This document shows positions 9,348 through 17,714 of a DNA stretch of 64,000 nucleotides, one piece after another. Each line of letters opens with the position of its first letter. The stretch's first letter is position 1. Made by a program: the position numbers and the translations under genes. The stretch spans positions 9,941 through 73,940 of the forward strand of contig JAOMCN010000006.1 in assembly GCA_028345065.1 (NCBI GenBank). The letters are read 5' to 3'. Origin of the DNA: Rhodospirillales bacterium. Lineage in GTDB: Bacteria; Pseudomonadota; Alphaproteobacteria; Rhodospirillales; UBA2165. The notes under the pieces were generated by a model that ran no database searches, was not told where the DNA came from, and saw only the letters and a program-made list of their open reading frames with translations.

Positions 9348-9644
9348 TCAAGACCTCGCCTGCCTGGCGAGATCCGGCCTCACTGTCGGGCCTATTACGC
9401 GGATAAATTCGCGGTATTTGGTTGGATTGTAGTACACCCCTTTTTGTTCAATTTCGACAAGATACGAACCTACGACAATACAGGCCTCCTCTGCAGTGTA
9501 CGCTTTGCTCAGTGCTTCATCACATGCTGCTTCATCGTTAAAAACCTCAGCATCTGATATACACTCGGACCAGTTATTATCTTTTGTAATATAAACAACG
9601 ATTCCGTCCTCCAGGCGGTTGGCTGAGATCACCTTGGTTTCCAT
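9348..9644 (-). CDS. DUF2849-family protein
   Basis: 98-aa ORF (VISANRLEDGIVVY...) lying between cysG and cysI, the position this family typically occupies in Alphaproteobacteria. Confidence 0.65.
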   Translation of the reverse strand: METKVISANRLEDGIVVYITKDNNWSECISDAEVFNDEAACDEALSKAYTAEEACIVVGSYLVEIEQKGVYYNPTKYREFIRVIGPTVRPDLARQARS

Positions 9645-9653
9645 TTTATTCCC

Positions 9654-11081
9654 CTAAAATGCATGCGCATATCTTTCTATATGCGCATCGGCTTTGCGAG
9701 ATTCCTCCCAAGATAACGCCGCAACATCACCTATAATTAAAAGGACGGGACCTCCGATGCACTGCTCAGTCACCATTACACCCAAAGTTTTGAGGGTGCC
9801 GTGCGTAATAATTTGGTCAGGTAGGGTCCCATTCTCTATTACGGCAACCGGCGTCTCAGGCCGCATACCGTGTTCCACGAGCCGCTTACCTATAACGCCA
9901 GCCTTTGCAACACCCATGTAGATTACGAGCGTGTGCCGGAGCATTGCAAGAGATGCCCAATCGGGTTCCGTCCCCCCATCACACGTGCTGCCTGTCACAA
10001 AGCTAACCCCTTCAGCGTAATCTCGATGGGTCAACGGAATGCCGGCAGTCGCTGCACATCCGATCGCCGCAGTAACACCAGGAATAACTTCGACCTTTAT
10101 TGAAGCGTCCTTTAGGACAGCCATCTCTTCGCCACCACGACCGAATACGAAAGGATCGCCACCCTTAAGGCGCACTACATTCTGACCGGTATGGGCTCGC
10201 TCCAGTATTAATGCATTTATCGCTTGTTGGTTCATAGACTGGTCTGCAGGAGCTTTTCCGACATAAATTCGCTCTGCGTCCCGACGGACATAATCCAGAA
10301 TTTTGTCGCCAATTAAACGATCATACAGAACAACATCAGCGTCCTGCATAACTCTTAAAGCCCGCAGTGTAAGAAGATCTGGATCACCGGGACCCACACC
10401 GATGAGAGCTACCGATCCTTCGGGTGTTGACCTGCCCACCCCGTTAATTATGCGCAGCATAGCTTTGGTAGCTTGGTGCTCTTGGCCTTTCAAAACGAGA
10501 CGTGCAACAGGGCCGTCAAAAAATCCTTCCCAGAACCTCCGGCGAGAAATGATATTCGTTTCTGCATTTGCAACTGCGTTTCTAAAACGCATTGCAAACT
10601 GTGCTAGACGACCAAGTCGGGAGGGTAAAAGTCCTTCTATCTTTTCACGGAGGCGGCGCACTAAAACTGGAGCTGCCCCTGAACTTCCGATCGCTATTAA
10701 AACAGGATCTCGATCAACAATACCAGGAAACACGACTGTCGAAATATCCGGTCGGTCAACCACGTTGATTGGAAAACCACCTTTGTGCGCCCATGAAGCC
10801 CACGCTTCTGCATCTAAAGGATTGGCCTCTGCCACAACAATCAAAGCAACATCTGACGAGCAAAATTTTGAAATAGCTTGAGATCCGTATACAGATGGCT
10901 CGACACGCAAGCGGCCAACCGCCTCAAGGTCACGGATCTCTTTGTTAACCTTGGTGGCTATCACAGTCAGGCGAGCACCCGCACCTAACACCAAACGTAT
11001 TTTCTGTGCAGCTACCTCCTCGCCACCTATAATAAGGCAATTCCGCTCATTAAGATCAGCAAATAGGGGTAAATATTTCAT
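9654..11081 (-). CDS. cysG: Siroheme synthase (uroporphyrinogen-III methyltransferase / precorrin-2 dehydrogenase / ferrochelatase)
   Basis: MKYLPLFADLNERNCLIIGGEEVAAQK (N-terminal CysG-B Rossmann fold), then ...LIGVGPGDPDLLTLRALRVMQDADVVLYD...RLKGGDPFVFGRGGEE (SUMT domain). I chose the ATG at 11081, preceded by GAAGAAGGTAAG. The 59-codon extension in the track ORF is the cysI-like relic read in a shifted frame. Confidence 0.85.
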   Translation of the reverse strand: MKYLPLFADLNERNCLIIGGEEVAAQKIRLVLGAGARLTVIATKVNKEIRDLEAVGRLRVEPSVYGSQAISKFCSSDVALIVVAEANPLDAEAWASWAHKGGFPINVVDRPDISTVVFPGIVDRDPVLIAIGSSGAAPVLVRRLREKIEGLLPSRLGRLAQFAMRFRNAVANAETNIISRRRFWEGFFDGPVARLVLKGQEHQATKAMLRIINGVGRSTPEGSVALIGVGPGDPDLLTLRALRVMQDADVVLYDRLIGDKILDYVRRDAERIYVGKAPADQSMNQQAINALILERAHTGQNVVRLKGGDPFVFGRGGEEMAVLKDASIKVEVIPGVTAAIGCAATAGIPLTHRDYAEGVSFVTGSTCDGGTEPDWASLAMLRHTLVIYMGVAKAGVIGKRLVEHGMRPETPVAVIENGTLPDQIITHGTLKTLGVMVTEQCIGGPVLLIIGDVAALSWEESRKADAHIERYAHAF

Positions 11082-11101
11082 CTTACCTTCTTCAGAGTGG
11101 A

Positions 11102-11240
11102 TTAAAAATATTCGTGCACATACCGGCCCTCGATAATCTCTCCAATACTTGCATTTTGTGTCGGCGCCGCCGCCTAGAACGACACCAAATATATGGAGCT
11201 CCGAGTTTAAGCGTGGACGAAAAATTCTGCTTTGACGAAG
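11102..11240 (-). pseudogene. Frameshifted relic of the 3' end of a cysI-like gene, in the cysG leader
   Basis: One frame reads RPRLNSELHIFGVVLGGGAD, compared with cysI DRKGEEYYQVTIGGSAD. After a 1-nt shift it reads NASIGEIIEGRYVHEYF-stop, compared with cysI ENASIGEIIGPAIPY. It contains the 25-nt exact repeat of 7820-7844. Confidence 0.6.
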
Positions 11241-11335
11241 ATCGACTGACAACAACAAAAATATTTTGGGATCGAAAATCGAAAATTGGCATGAGCTTAA
11301 TTTGGATGGCTGTTATAGTGCTCTAATATTATCGG

Positions 11336-12628
11336 TTAAGAATTAGCTAGGGCCTGATCCAAATCAGCAATGATATCATCGACATGCTCAATCCCGATGG
11401 ACAAGCGGACATAGCCATCTGTGACCCCAGTTTGTTCCTGTTCCTCCGGAGATAACTGTGAATGGGTCGTCGAAGCAGGATGAATAGCGAGGCTCCTAGC
11501 GTCACCAATGTTTGCGACGTGGTAAAGTAATTTTAGTGAGTCTATAAACTTCCGGCCGGCATCCTTTCCTTCTTTTAGTTCAAATCCAAGAAGTGAACCG
11601 TATCCACCAGAGAGATAAGTGTCTGCACGGCGTCGGAACTCCCCTTTCTGTAGGGTAGGATAAATTACATTAGAAATTTTTCCGTGGGAAGAAAGATACT
11701 CGGTGATTTTCTCAGCATTCTCACAGTGCCTCTCCATTCGTAGAGGCAGCGTTTCCATCCCTTGAATTGCCTGAAAAGCATTGAAGGGGCTCATGCAGGC
11801 ACCCACATCACGCAAAAGAACCACGCGGGCTCTAATAATGTATGCAATGGGTCCCAGAGGCTTAACGGCTTCTGTCCAGACCGCGCCATGGTACGACGGA
11901 TCCGGTTCATTTAATGTTGGAAACCTCTCTTTATGACCTTCCCAGTCAAAATTTCCACCGTCTACTAATAATCCACCAATGGAGGTTCCGTTACCGGTTA
12001 AATATTTTGTAGTGGAATACATGACGATTGCTGCTCCGTGGTCAAGCGGACGACAAATAATCGGAGAAGCGGTATTGTCCATAATCAAAGGTACGCCAAT
12101 CTCACGTCCGATATCGGCAACTTCCTTGATTGGAAAAACGTTAAGCTTTGGATTAGGTAAAGTTTCCGCGTAATAGCAGCGAGTACGATCATCTGTAGCG
12201 TCACGGAAGCTTGATGGTTCAGTGGGATTAACAAATCTGGCTTCGACGCCAAAGTCTTTCAAGGTATTGGCGAACAAATTCCAGGTTCCACCATAAAGAT
12301 CTGTTGAACTTACAAAATTGTCACCTGAACGACAGAGATTCATGATCGAGTACATCGATGCAGCTTGACCTGAGGCTAATGCCAATGATGCAGCACCTCC
12401 CTCTAAAGCAGTTACCCGCTGCTCGAGCACATCCGTCGTTGGGTTCATTATGCGAGTATAAATATTGCCCATTTCTTTAAGTGCGAAAAGGTTCTCGGCA
12501 TGTTGTGTGTCATTAAATTGATAAGAGGTGGTTTGGTACAATGGGACAGCAACCGCTCCTGTCTTCTCGTCACTCCGGAACCCGGCATGCAGAACTATGG
12601 TTTCTGGTTTGTTATAGGTTTCAGTCAC
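11336..12628 (-). CDS. metY: O-acetylhomoserine sulfhydrylase (PLP, Cys/Met metabolism family)
   Basis: ETIVLHAGFRSDEKTGAVAVPLYQTTSYQF...STTKYLTGNGTSIGG. I prefer the GTG at 12628 (GGAG lies 8 nt upstream), because the ATG at 12703 would overlap the peroxiredoxin gene by 49 nt. Confidence 0.85.
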   Translation of the reverse strand: MTETYNKPETIVLHAGFRSDEKTGAVAVPLYQTTSYQFNDTQHAENLFALKEMGNIYTRIMNPTTDVLEQRVTALEGGAASLALASGQAASMYSIMNLCRSGDNFVSSTDLYGGTWNLFANTLKDFGVEARFVNPTEPSSFRDATDDRTRCYYAETLPNPKLNVFPIKEVADIGREIGVPLIMDNTASPIICRPLDHGAAIVMYSTTKYLTGNGTSIGGLLVDGGNFDWEGHKERFPTLNEPDPSYHGAVWTEAVKPLGPIAYIIRARVVLLRDVGACMSPFNAFQAIQGMETLPLRMERHCENAEKITEYLSSHGKISNVIYPTLQKGEFRRRADTYLSGGYGSLLGFELKEGKDAGRKFIDSLKLLYHVANIGDARSLAIHPASTTHSQLSPEEQEQTGVTDGYVRLSIGIEHVDDIIADLDQALANS

Positions 12629-12654
12629 AATTTTTTCTCCAGTTTGTTTGTCGA

Positions 12655-13314
12655 TTACTTGGGTTGAGGCACAAATCGAAGGTATGGCAACGGAGCATCC
12701 CAACCATCTGGATATTTTTCTTTAGCGGCCTCATCTGAAATCGAAGGCAGGATGACCACTGGCTCACCTTGTTTCCAATTTACAGGTGTCGCTACTTGCT
12801 GTTTGGCCGTAAGTTGGCAAGAATCAAGTAACCGAAGAATTTCGTCGAAATTCCGACCCGTACTCATAGGATAGGTCAAAGAAGCCTTAATTTTTTTATC
12901 CGGTCCAATAACAAATACTGAACGAGCTGTTGCATTATCTGCTGCCGTTCGCCCCTCTGACGTGTTTCCTGCTTCAGCCGGGAGCATATCATAGAGTTGC
13001 ACAACTTTAAGTTCCGGGTCAGCAACCAGAGGATAATTTACGGCATGCCCTTGGGAATTTTCTATATCTTTTGACCACGCCTCATGATCCCTAACACCAT
13101 CCACACTAATACCAATAACCTTGCAGTTACGCTTCTCAAATTCCGGCTGCAGCCCCGCCATATAACCAAGTTCTGTGGTACAAATTGGGGTAAAATCCTT
13201 GGGATGTGAAAACAAGATTGCCCAACTATTTCCGATCCAATCGTGAAAATTAATGGTACCTTGAGTTGTCTCAGCTGTGAAATCTGGCGCCTCATCGTTA
13301 ATTCTCAAAGACAT
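12655..13314 (-). CDS. 1-Cys peroxiredoxin (Prx6-type)
   Basis: DFTAETTQGTINFHDWIGNSWAILFSHPKDFTPICTTELG, with the PxxxTxxC peroxidatic motif. Confidence 0.85.
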   Translation of the reverse strand: MSLRINDEAPDFTAETTQGTINFHDWIGNSWAILFSHPKDFTPICTTELGYMAGLQPEFEKRNCKVIGISVDGVRDHEAWSKDIENSQGHAVNYPLVADPELKVVQLYDMLPAEAGNTSEGRTAADNATARSVFVIGPDKKIKASLTYPMSTGRNFDEILRLLDSCQLTAKQQVATPVNWKQGEPVVILPSISDEAAKEKYPDGWDAPLPYLRFVPQPK

Positions 13315-13426
13315 TAGAATACTCCTTCAGTTTAAAAACGCGTTTTAGACGGACGATTTCAATTTATCTTATGATTATTGTAAAAAATAAATAAGCTAAC
13401 GATACATTTAGAAAAATATTTCTTCA

Positions 13427-13444
13427 TTGACAATATTATGTCAA
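13427..13444. promoter_or_regulatory. Inverted repeat TTGACA-N6-TGTCAA in the divergent prx / lrp spacer
   Basis: Read directly: ttgacaatattatgtcaa. It has 6-bp perfect arms and lies in an AT-rich 200-bp divergent promoter region. Any function as an operator or promoter element is a guess. Confidence 0.25.
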
Positions 13445-13514
13445 AAAATAGAATGATTTGTTCTATTTATTTACTTATTTAAGTAATTTTTTTCTAATAT
13501 AGGGAATCAATTGG

Positions 13515-13964
13515 ATGGATCAAACGGACCTGCGAATACTAAGGATCCTGCAGGAGGATAGCAGTCTACCAGTGTCAGACGTGGCAAAGAAAGTCGGTTT
13601 ATCGGCTTCCCCCTGCTGGAAACGTATCAAGAGAATGCATGATGAAGGGATAATAAAATATCAAATTTCAGTCCTCGACGCCGAACGGTTAGGGTTTGGA
13701 TTAACCGTATTTATAAACATTAAAACCGGCGAACACTCTACGAGCTGGCTCAAAGAATTCTCTGCTACCGTAACTGCCATGCCGGAAGTAATGGAGCTAC
13801 ATCGAATAGCCGGAGATATTGATTATATGCTAAAAGTCATTGTGCCCGACATGGCTGCTTTTGACGCTTTCTACAAAGGTTTAATTGGAACGGCGGCACT
13901 TACTGAAGTATCGTCATATTTTGCGATGGAGACGATGAAAGAAACAACAGCATTACCAATTTAG
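13515..13964 (+). CDS. Lrp/AsnC family transcriptional regulator
   Basis: DQTDLRILRILQEDSSLPVSDVAKKVGLSASPCWKRIKRM (helix-turn-helix) plus a C-terminal RAM domain. Confidence 0.85.
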   Translation: MDQTDLRILRILQEDSSLPVSDVAKKVGLSASPCWKRIKRMHDEGIIKYQISVLDAERLGFGLTVFINIKTGEHSTSWLKEFSATVTAMPEVMELHRIAGDIDYMLKVIVPDMAAFDAFYKGLIGTAALTEVSSYFAMETMKETTALPI

Positions 13965-13976
13965 AACCCATATTAG

Positions 13977-14708
13977 TTATGCGTGAGCTAAAACATCGGC
14001 TAATTCATTAAAGTCTTTCACAATTAAGTCGGGCTGATGCGGGCTTTTCCCAAATGGTCGCCTCCTACGATCTATAAAAACCGTTCTAAAACCCCAGGCT
14101 TTTGCGCCAATACAATCAAAAGCGTGATTGGCAACAAACAGAATATTAGTCCGTTCAATACCCTTAAAATTACTACTGATTATCTCTTCTGCTTTGGAAT
14201 AAGTTCTTTTATCAGGCTTGAATGCCCCAGCTTCCTGGACCGATATAGTTAGATCAAAATTGAACCCAATGTAACCTTTCGCCGCTTCCAACATGTCCCT
14301 ATCGCCATTAGACAGAATGGATAATTTATAATTCTGATGTAAGCGCTTAAGGTTTGTTAGAATATCCGGAAATGGCTTTAAATTTTCAATTCCTGAAACA
14401 AGCCACTCTACCTCTGATTGAGTATATTCTATATTTGCTCTCGAGAGAACCTGACTGACGGCCCTGTGTCCAATTTGTCTATATGTAGTGTGACCTCGAT
14501 CAATAAGAGAATCGATCATAGAATCTTCAAAATGTGTTCGTCTCCACCAAGTTACAAATTGGTGGGGATTGCCGCCCCATCTCTTCCCTTGAAGAAAGGG
14601 TGTGACCATCTCGGTGAGCCCCTTTTGCATATCAACAATTGTACCGTATTGGTCAAACGTTAGAATTTTGATTTCACTTTTTAAGGTTTCAGAAATTGGT
14701 GCGGTCAT
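13977..14708 (-). CDS. HAD-superfamily hydrolase, haloacid dehalogenase type II-like
   Basis: ILTFDQYGTIVD (DxYGT nucleophile motif), ...SILSNGD..., ...FKPDKRTY..., ...FVANHAFDCIGA. Confidence 0.75.
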   Translation of the reverse strand: MTAPISETLKSEIKILTFDQYGTIVDMQKGLTEMVTPFLQGKRWGGNPHQFVTWWRRTHFEDSMIDSLIDRGHTTYRQIGHRAVSQVLSRANIEYTQSEVEWLVSGIENLKPFPDILTNLKRLHQNYKLSILSNGDRDMLEAAKGYIGFNFDLTISVQEAGAFKPDKRTYSKAEEIISSNFKGIERTNILFVANHAFDCIGAKAWGFRTVFIDRRRRPFGKSPHQPDLIVKDFNELADVLAHA

Positions 14709-14836
14709 CTAAATATTCTTTCCAATTTGTGACTATCTTTCTCTGGTTATTACATTGGACATGACGCCTCTCATCTTCCACATCGATCATCAATTTAAAT
14801 AATGGTCGGACAAAGTTTTTTATCACGAGATAAAAC

Positions 14837-15511
14837 TCAATTCTTATTGCCTCTGCGTTTACTTCTGCGCCATACCCAGGGAAATTTAAAGGTCCCTTTC
14901 CAAAGGCCTGTTTTTCGACCCTTAGCAATCAATTCTTCATCCACATAATCTCTAGAATACTTCCGATAGGCCAGCGCCCACCCTTCCCGCACCATTAGAG
15001 CATTGAGGTTAACACCTCCTACCGTACAAACAGCAATAATACGCCCATACCTGTCTTTATCCTTTTTCTCGCAACTCACTTTTTGTTCACCAATCATATT
15101 TACAAGCGCTTTGCGAGCTTCAATACCGCAGTTCCACGTTTTATCTTTGAAGACACATGTTTGTTTAATTTCGGGTGCATCAATCCCGAATAACCGAACC
15201 CTAGTCTTACCAAACCTTATGGTGTCGCCATCGGTAACACGGGCTTTACCGGATAATATGATGTGTTCTAAATGATTGCCAGTCACGTTAATATTTTGAG
15301 ACTCTTCTGTGTTTTTTTCCAAATCAATGACTTCCTGTTTGGATTTGAAATCTCTTCCTGAATTCTCACCTTGATGGCAAGGATACGTGCCTTCTTTAAT
15401 GTCGCGATTACAATCAACGGTATCCAACATGCCGCCATGTGCAGTGGAAGACTGGTGACCTGATACAAACCAGACCAGAAAAAATATTATAAGTTTTATC
15501 ACGTTCAGCAT
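14837..15511 (-). CDS. Secreted thermonuclease (SNase) family nuclease with a His/Cys-containing N-terminal module
   Basis: Signal-like N-terminus MLNVIKLIIFFLVWFVSG. SNase core: VTDGDTIRFGKTRVRLFGIDAPE...DRYGRIIAVC...REGWALAY. The N-terminal HGGMLDTVDCNRDIKEGTYPCH loosely resembles YHYH-type modules. Confidence 0.8.
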   Translation of the reverse strand: MLNVIKLIIFFLVWFVSGHQSSTAHGGMLDTVDCNRDIKEGTYPCHQGENSGRDFKSKQEVIDLEKNTEESQNINVTGNHLEHIILSGKARVTDGDTIRFGKTRVRLFGIDAPEIKQTCVFKDKTWNCGIEARKALVNMIGEQKVSCEKKDKDRYGRIIAVCTVGGVNLNALMVREGWALAYRKYSRDYVDEELIAKGRKTGLWKGTFKFPWVWRRSKRRGNKN

Positions 15512-15730
15512 CTTGAATTTTTAACATTTCGAATGGAAGTTAAAATCTTTCAAAACCGAAATAAAAAATTCCGAAATCATGAAATATAGTAAAAAAAACG
15601 ATGAATATCGGGGATAATAATGAAGCCACCATGCAATTTGGATAAGTGACAAATCAAATTTATATAGTTAGGCTTTTATTGTAACAAAGATTAAGAGTTA
15701 CCCAAGTTAACAGACACGGAATATCATCCG

Positions 15731-16840
15731 ATGCAGACTAAAATACCTTGTGTGATGATGCGTGGCGGCACATCCAAAGGTACTTATTTCATAGCTTCAG
15801 ATCTACCAAAAGATGAAAAACTTCTAGAAGAAATTTTGTTATCGGTCATGGGTTCGCCAGACGTTCGACAGATCGATGGTTTGGGTGGTGCTGACCCCTT
15901 AACCAGCAAGGTAGCTATAATTCAAGCATCTGAACGCGAGGGAGTGGACCTGGATTATCTATTTGTCCAGGTTTTCGTAGATGAGGCGCGTACGAGCACA
16001 TCACAAAACTGCGGTAATATTCTGGCCGGCGTTGGACCATTCGCTATCGAAAGCGGTCTCGTTAAGCCAAATGACCCAGAGACGACCCTGACAATTTATT
16101 TGGAAAATAGTGACAGTATTGCCGATGTTACATTCTTAACACCAGGGAGCGTCGTAAAATATGATGGCGAAGCAAGAATAGACGGCGTACCTGGGACGGC
16201 GTCGCCCGTCATGATTAGTTTTCGGGATACCGAGGGTTCAACATGTGGATCCCTACTGCCGACGGGTAATTTCGTGGATACGATCGACGGTGTTGACGTC
16301 ACTTGTATTGATAACGGAATGCCCGTGGTACTTTTTGAAGCAACGGCAATGAATAGGACCGGTTATGAAAGTCGAGACGACCTAAATGCAGATGTGGAAC
16401 TTAAAAATTGGATAGAGGAAATTCGCTTAAATATAGGCCGAAAAATGAACTTAGGAGACGTTAAAAATAAAACCGTGCCCAAGATGACTATGGTCTCCCC
16501 TCCTCAGATGGGGGGGGCTATTTGCACCCGTTCCTTCATTCCGCATGACTGCCACGCAGCTATTGGTGTTTTTGCCGCGGTCTCTGTAGGTACGGCCATA
16601 GCGCTTCCGGGAACCGTTGCCCATCGCGTGGGTGTAATACCGTCTGGCACTACAAAACTCGTTTCAGTTGAACACCCAACAGGGGAGATCTCTGTCAAAT
16701 TGAACATTGATGAAACCGAAGGTAAAACCAAAGTTAAGAAGGCTGATATTTTAAGGACCACACGACGCCTATTTGAAGGACAGGTATTGGTTCCATATGG
16801 TGTCTGGAATGGAAAAACAAAGCCACGTGCCGCCGTATAG
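15731..16840 (+). CDS. PrpF/GalD family isomerase (4-oxalomesaconate tautomerase / methylaconitate isomerase-like)
   Basis: IPCVMMRGGTSKGTYF...GSPDVRQIDGLGGADPLTSKVAII...QNCGNILAGVGPFA, the PrpF family signature. Confidence 0.8.
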   Translation: MQTKIPCVMMRGGTSKGTYFIASDLPKDEKLLEEILLSVMGSPDVRQIDGLGGADPLTSKVAIIQASEREGVDLDYLFVQVFVDEARTSTSQNCGNILAGVGPFAIESGLVKPNDPETTLTIYLENSDSIADVTFLTPGSVVKYDGEARIDGVPGTASPVMISFRDTEGSTCGSLLPTGNFVDTIDGVDVTCIDNGMPVVLFEATAMNRTGYESRDDLNADVELKNWIEEIRLNIGRKMNLGDVKNKTVPKMTMVSPPQMGGAICTRSFIPHDCHAAIGVFAAVSVGTAIALPGTVAHRVGVIPSGTTKLVSVEHPTGEISVKLNIDETEGKTKVKKADILRTTRRLFEGQVLVPYGVWNGKTKPRAAV

Positions 16841-16844
16841 TAAG

Positions 16845-17714
16845 ATGGATACTTGCCAGGCCCCTGACCCGCACACTAGGAAGCCCAATATCACTTTACC
16901 CCCGAAAGCATGTGATGCCCACTGCCATGTCTTCGGACCGAGCGCCGTCTTTCCCTTTCATCGTGACCGCAGCTATACGCCACCAGATGCAGGAAAGGAG
17001 CTTCTAAAAAGTCTTCATAAAAAACTGGGATTTGAACGTGCCGTCATTGTGCAGGCGACCTGCCATGGGGATGATAATTCGGCAATGTTAGATGCAATTG
17101 CGTCATCCGGTGGATCTTACAAGGGTATAGCAATGGTAAATGAAACAATTACGGAAAAAGAATTAGAGGGACTTCACGCCGGAGGAGTACGCGGTACGCG
17201 GTTCAGTTTTGCAAGACACTTATCTGGACAACCCGATTTTGAAAAAGTCCGCCGCGTAACCCAAAAATATGCACCTCTTGGCTGGCATGCAGTATTATAC
17301 TTAGAGGCTAAAGATATTATCGAATACACAAAAGAAATCACTACTCTCCCCGTACCAGTGGTTATCGATCATATGGCCCGTTTCAAAGTTTTAGATGGAT
17401 TAAAACAAAATGCCTTTCAACGGATACTAGAGTTTGTCCGGAATGATGACTTTTGGGTAAAAATATCCGGAGCTGAACGCCTGTCTAACACTGATTACCC
17501 CTTTGATGACATTGTACCATTTGCCAAAACTCTAATAGAAGCGGCGCCCAACCGTATCATCTGGGGAACTGACTGGCCTCACCCCAATATCCTTGGCCAG
17601 ATGCCCAACGACGGTGATTTGGTGGATATGCTTGAAAAGTACGCACCAGATAAGGAAATCCGTGACCGCATCACCGTCCATAACCCGGCTCAACTCTACG
17701 GATTTGATGCGTGA
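16845..17714 (+). CDS. Amidohydrolase_2 family hydrolase, 2-pyrone-4,6-dicarboxylate lactonase (LigI)-like
   Basis: ACDAHCHVFGP...VIVQATCHG...VIDHMARF...IWGTDWPHPN. I chose the ATG at 16845, 4 nt after the PrpF stop. Confidence 0.7.
   Translation: MDTCQAPDPHTRKPNITLPPKACDAHCHVFGPSAVFPFHRDRSYTPPDAGKELLKSLHKKLGFERAVIVQATCHGDDNSAMLDAIASSGGSYKGIAMVNETITEKELEGLHAGGVRGTRFSFARHLSGQPDFEKVRRVTQKYAPLGWHAVLYLEAKDIIEYTKEITTLPVPVVIDHMARFKVLDGLKQNAFQRILEFVRNDDFWVKISGAERLSNTDYPFDDIVPFAKTLIEAAPNRIIWGTDWPHPNILGQMPNDGDLVDMLEKYAPDKEIRDRITVHNPAQLYGFDA

Noticed and set aside
10303-10881. Long antisense or alternative-frame ORFs inside well-supported genes. Examples: 10303-10881 in cysG, 4690-5202 in aprA, 22722-23189 in the thiolase gene, 3731-4159 across aprM/aprB, 5621-5983 in aprA, and 55352-55687 in the DUF3326-like gene.
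   Set aside because: All are embedded in genes with strong family signatures on the other frame or strand. Their sequences are low-complexity and Arg/Ser/Pro-rich, as is typical of shadow ORFs in G+C-richer DNA.
12629-12703. SAM-type riboswitch upstream of metY.
   Set aside because: The peroxiredoxin gene ends at 12655, leaving at most about 26 nt before the preferred metY start. There is no room for a riboswitch.
14689-14928. 79-aa ORF bridging the HAD hydrolase start and the nuclease gene end.
   Set aside because: It overlaps the 3' end of the well-supported nuclease gene in another frame and has no recognisable motif.
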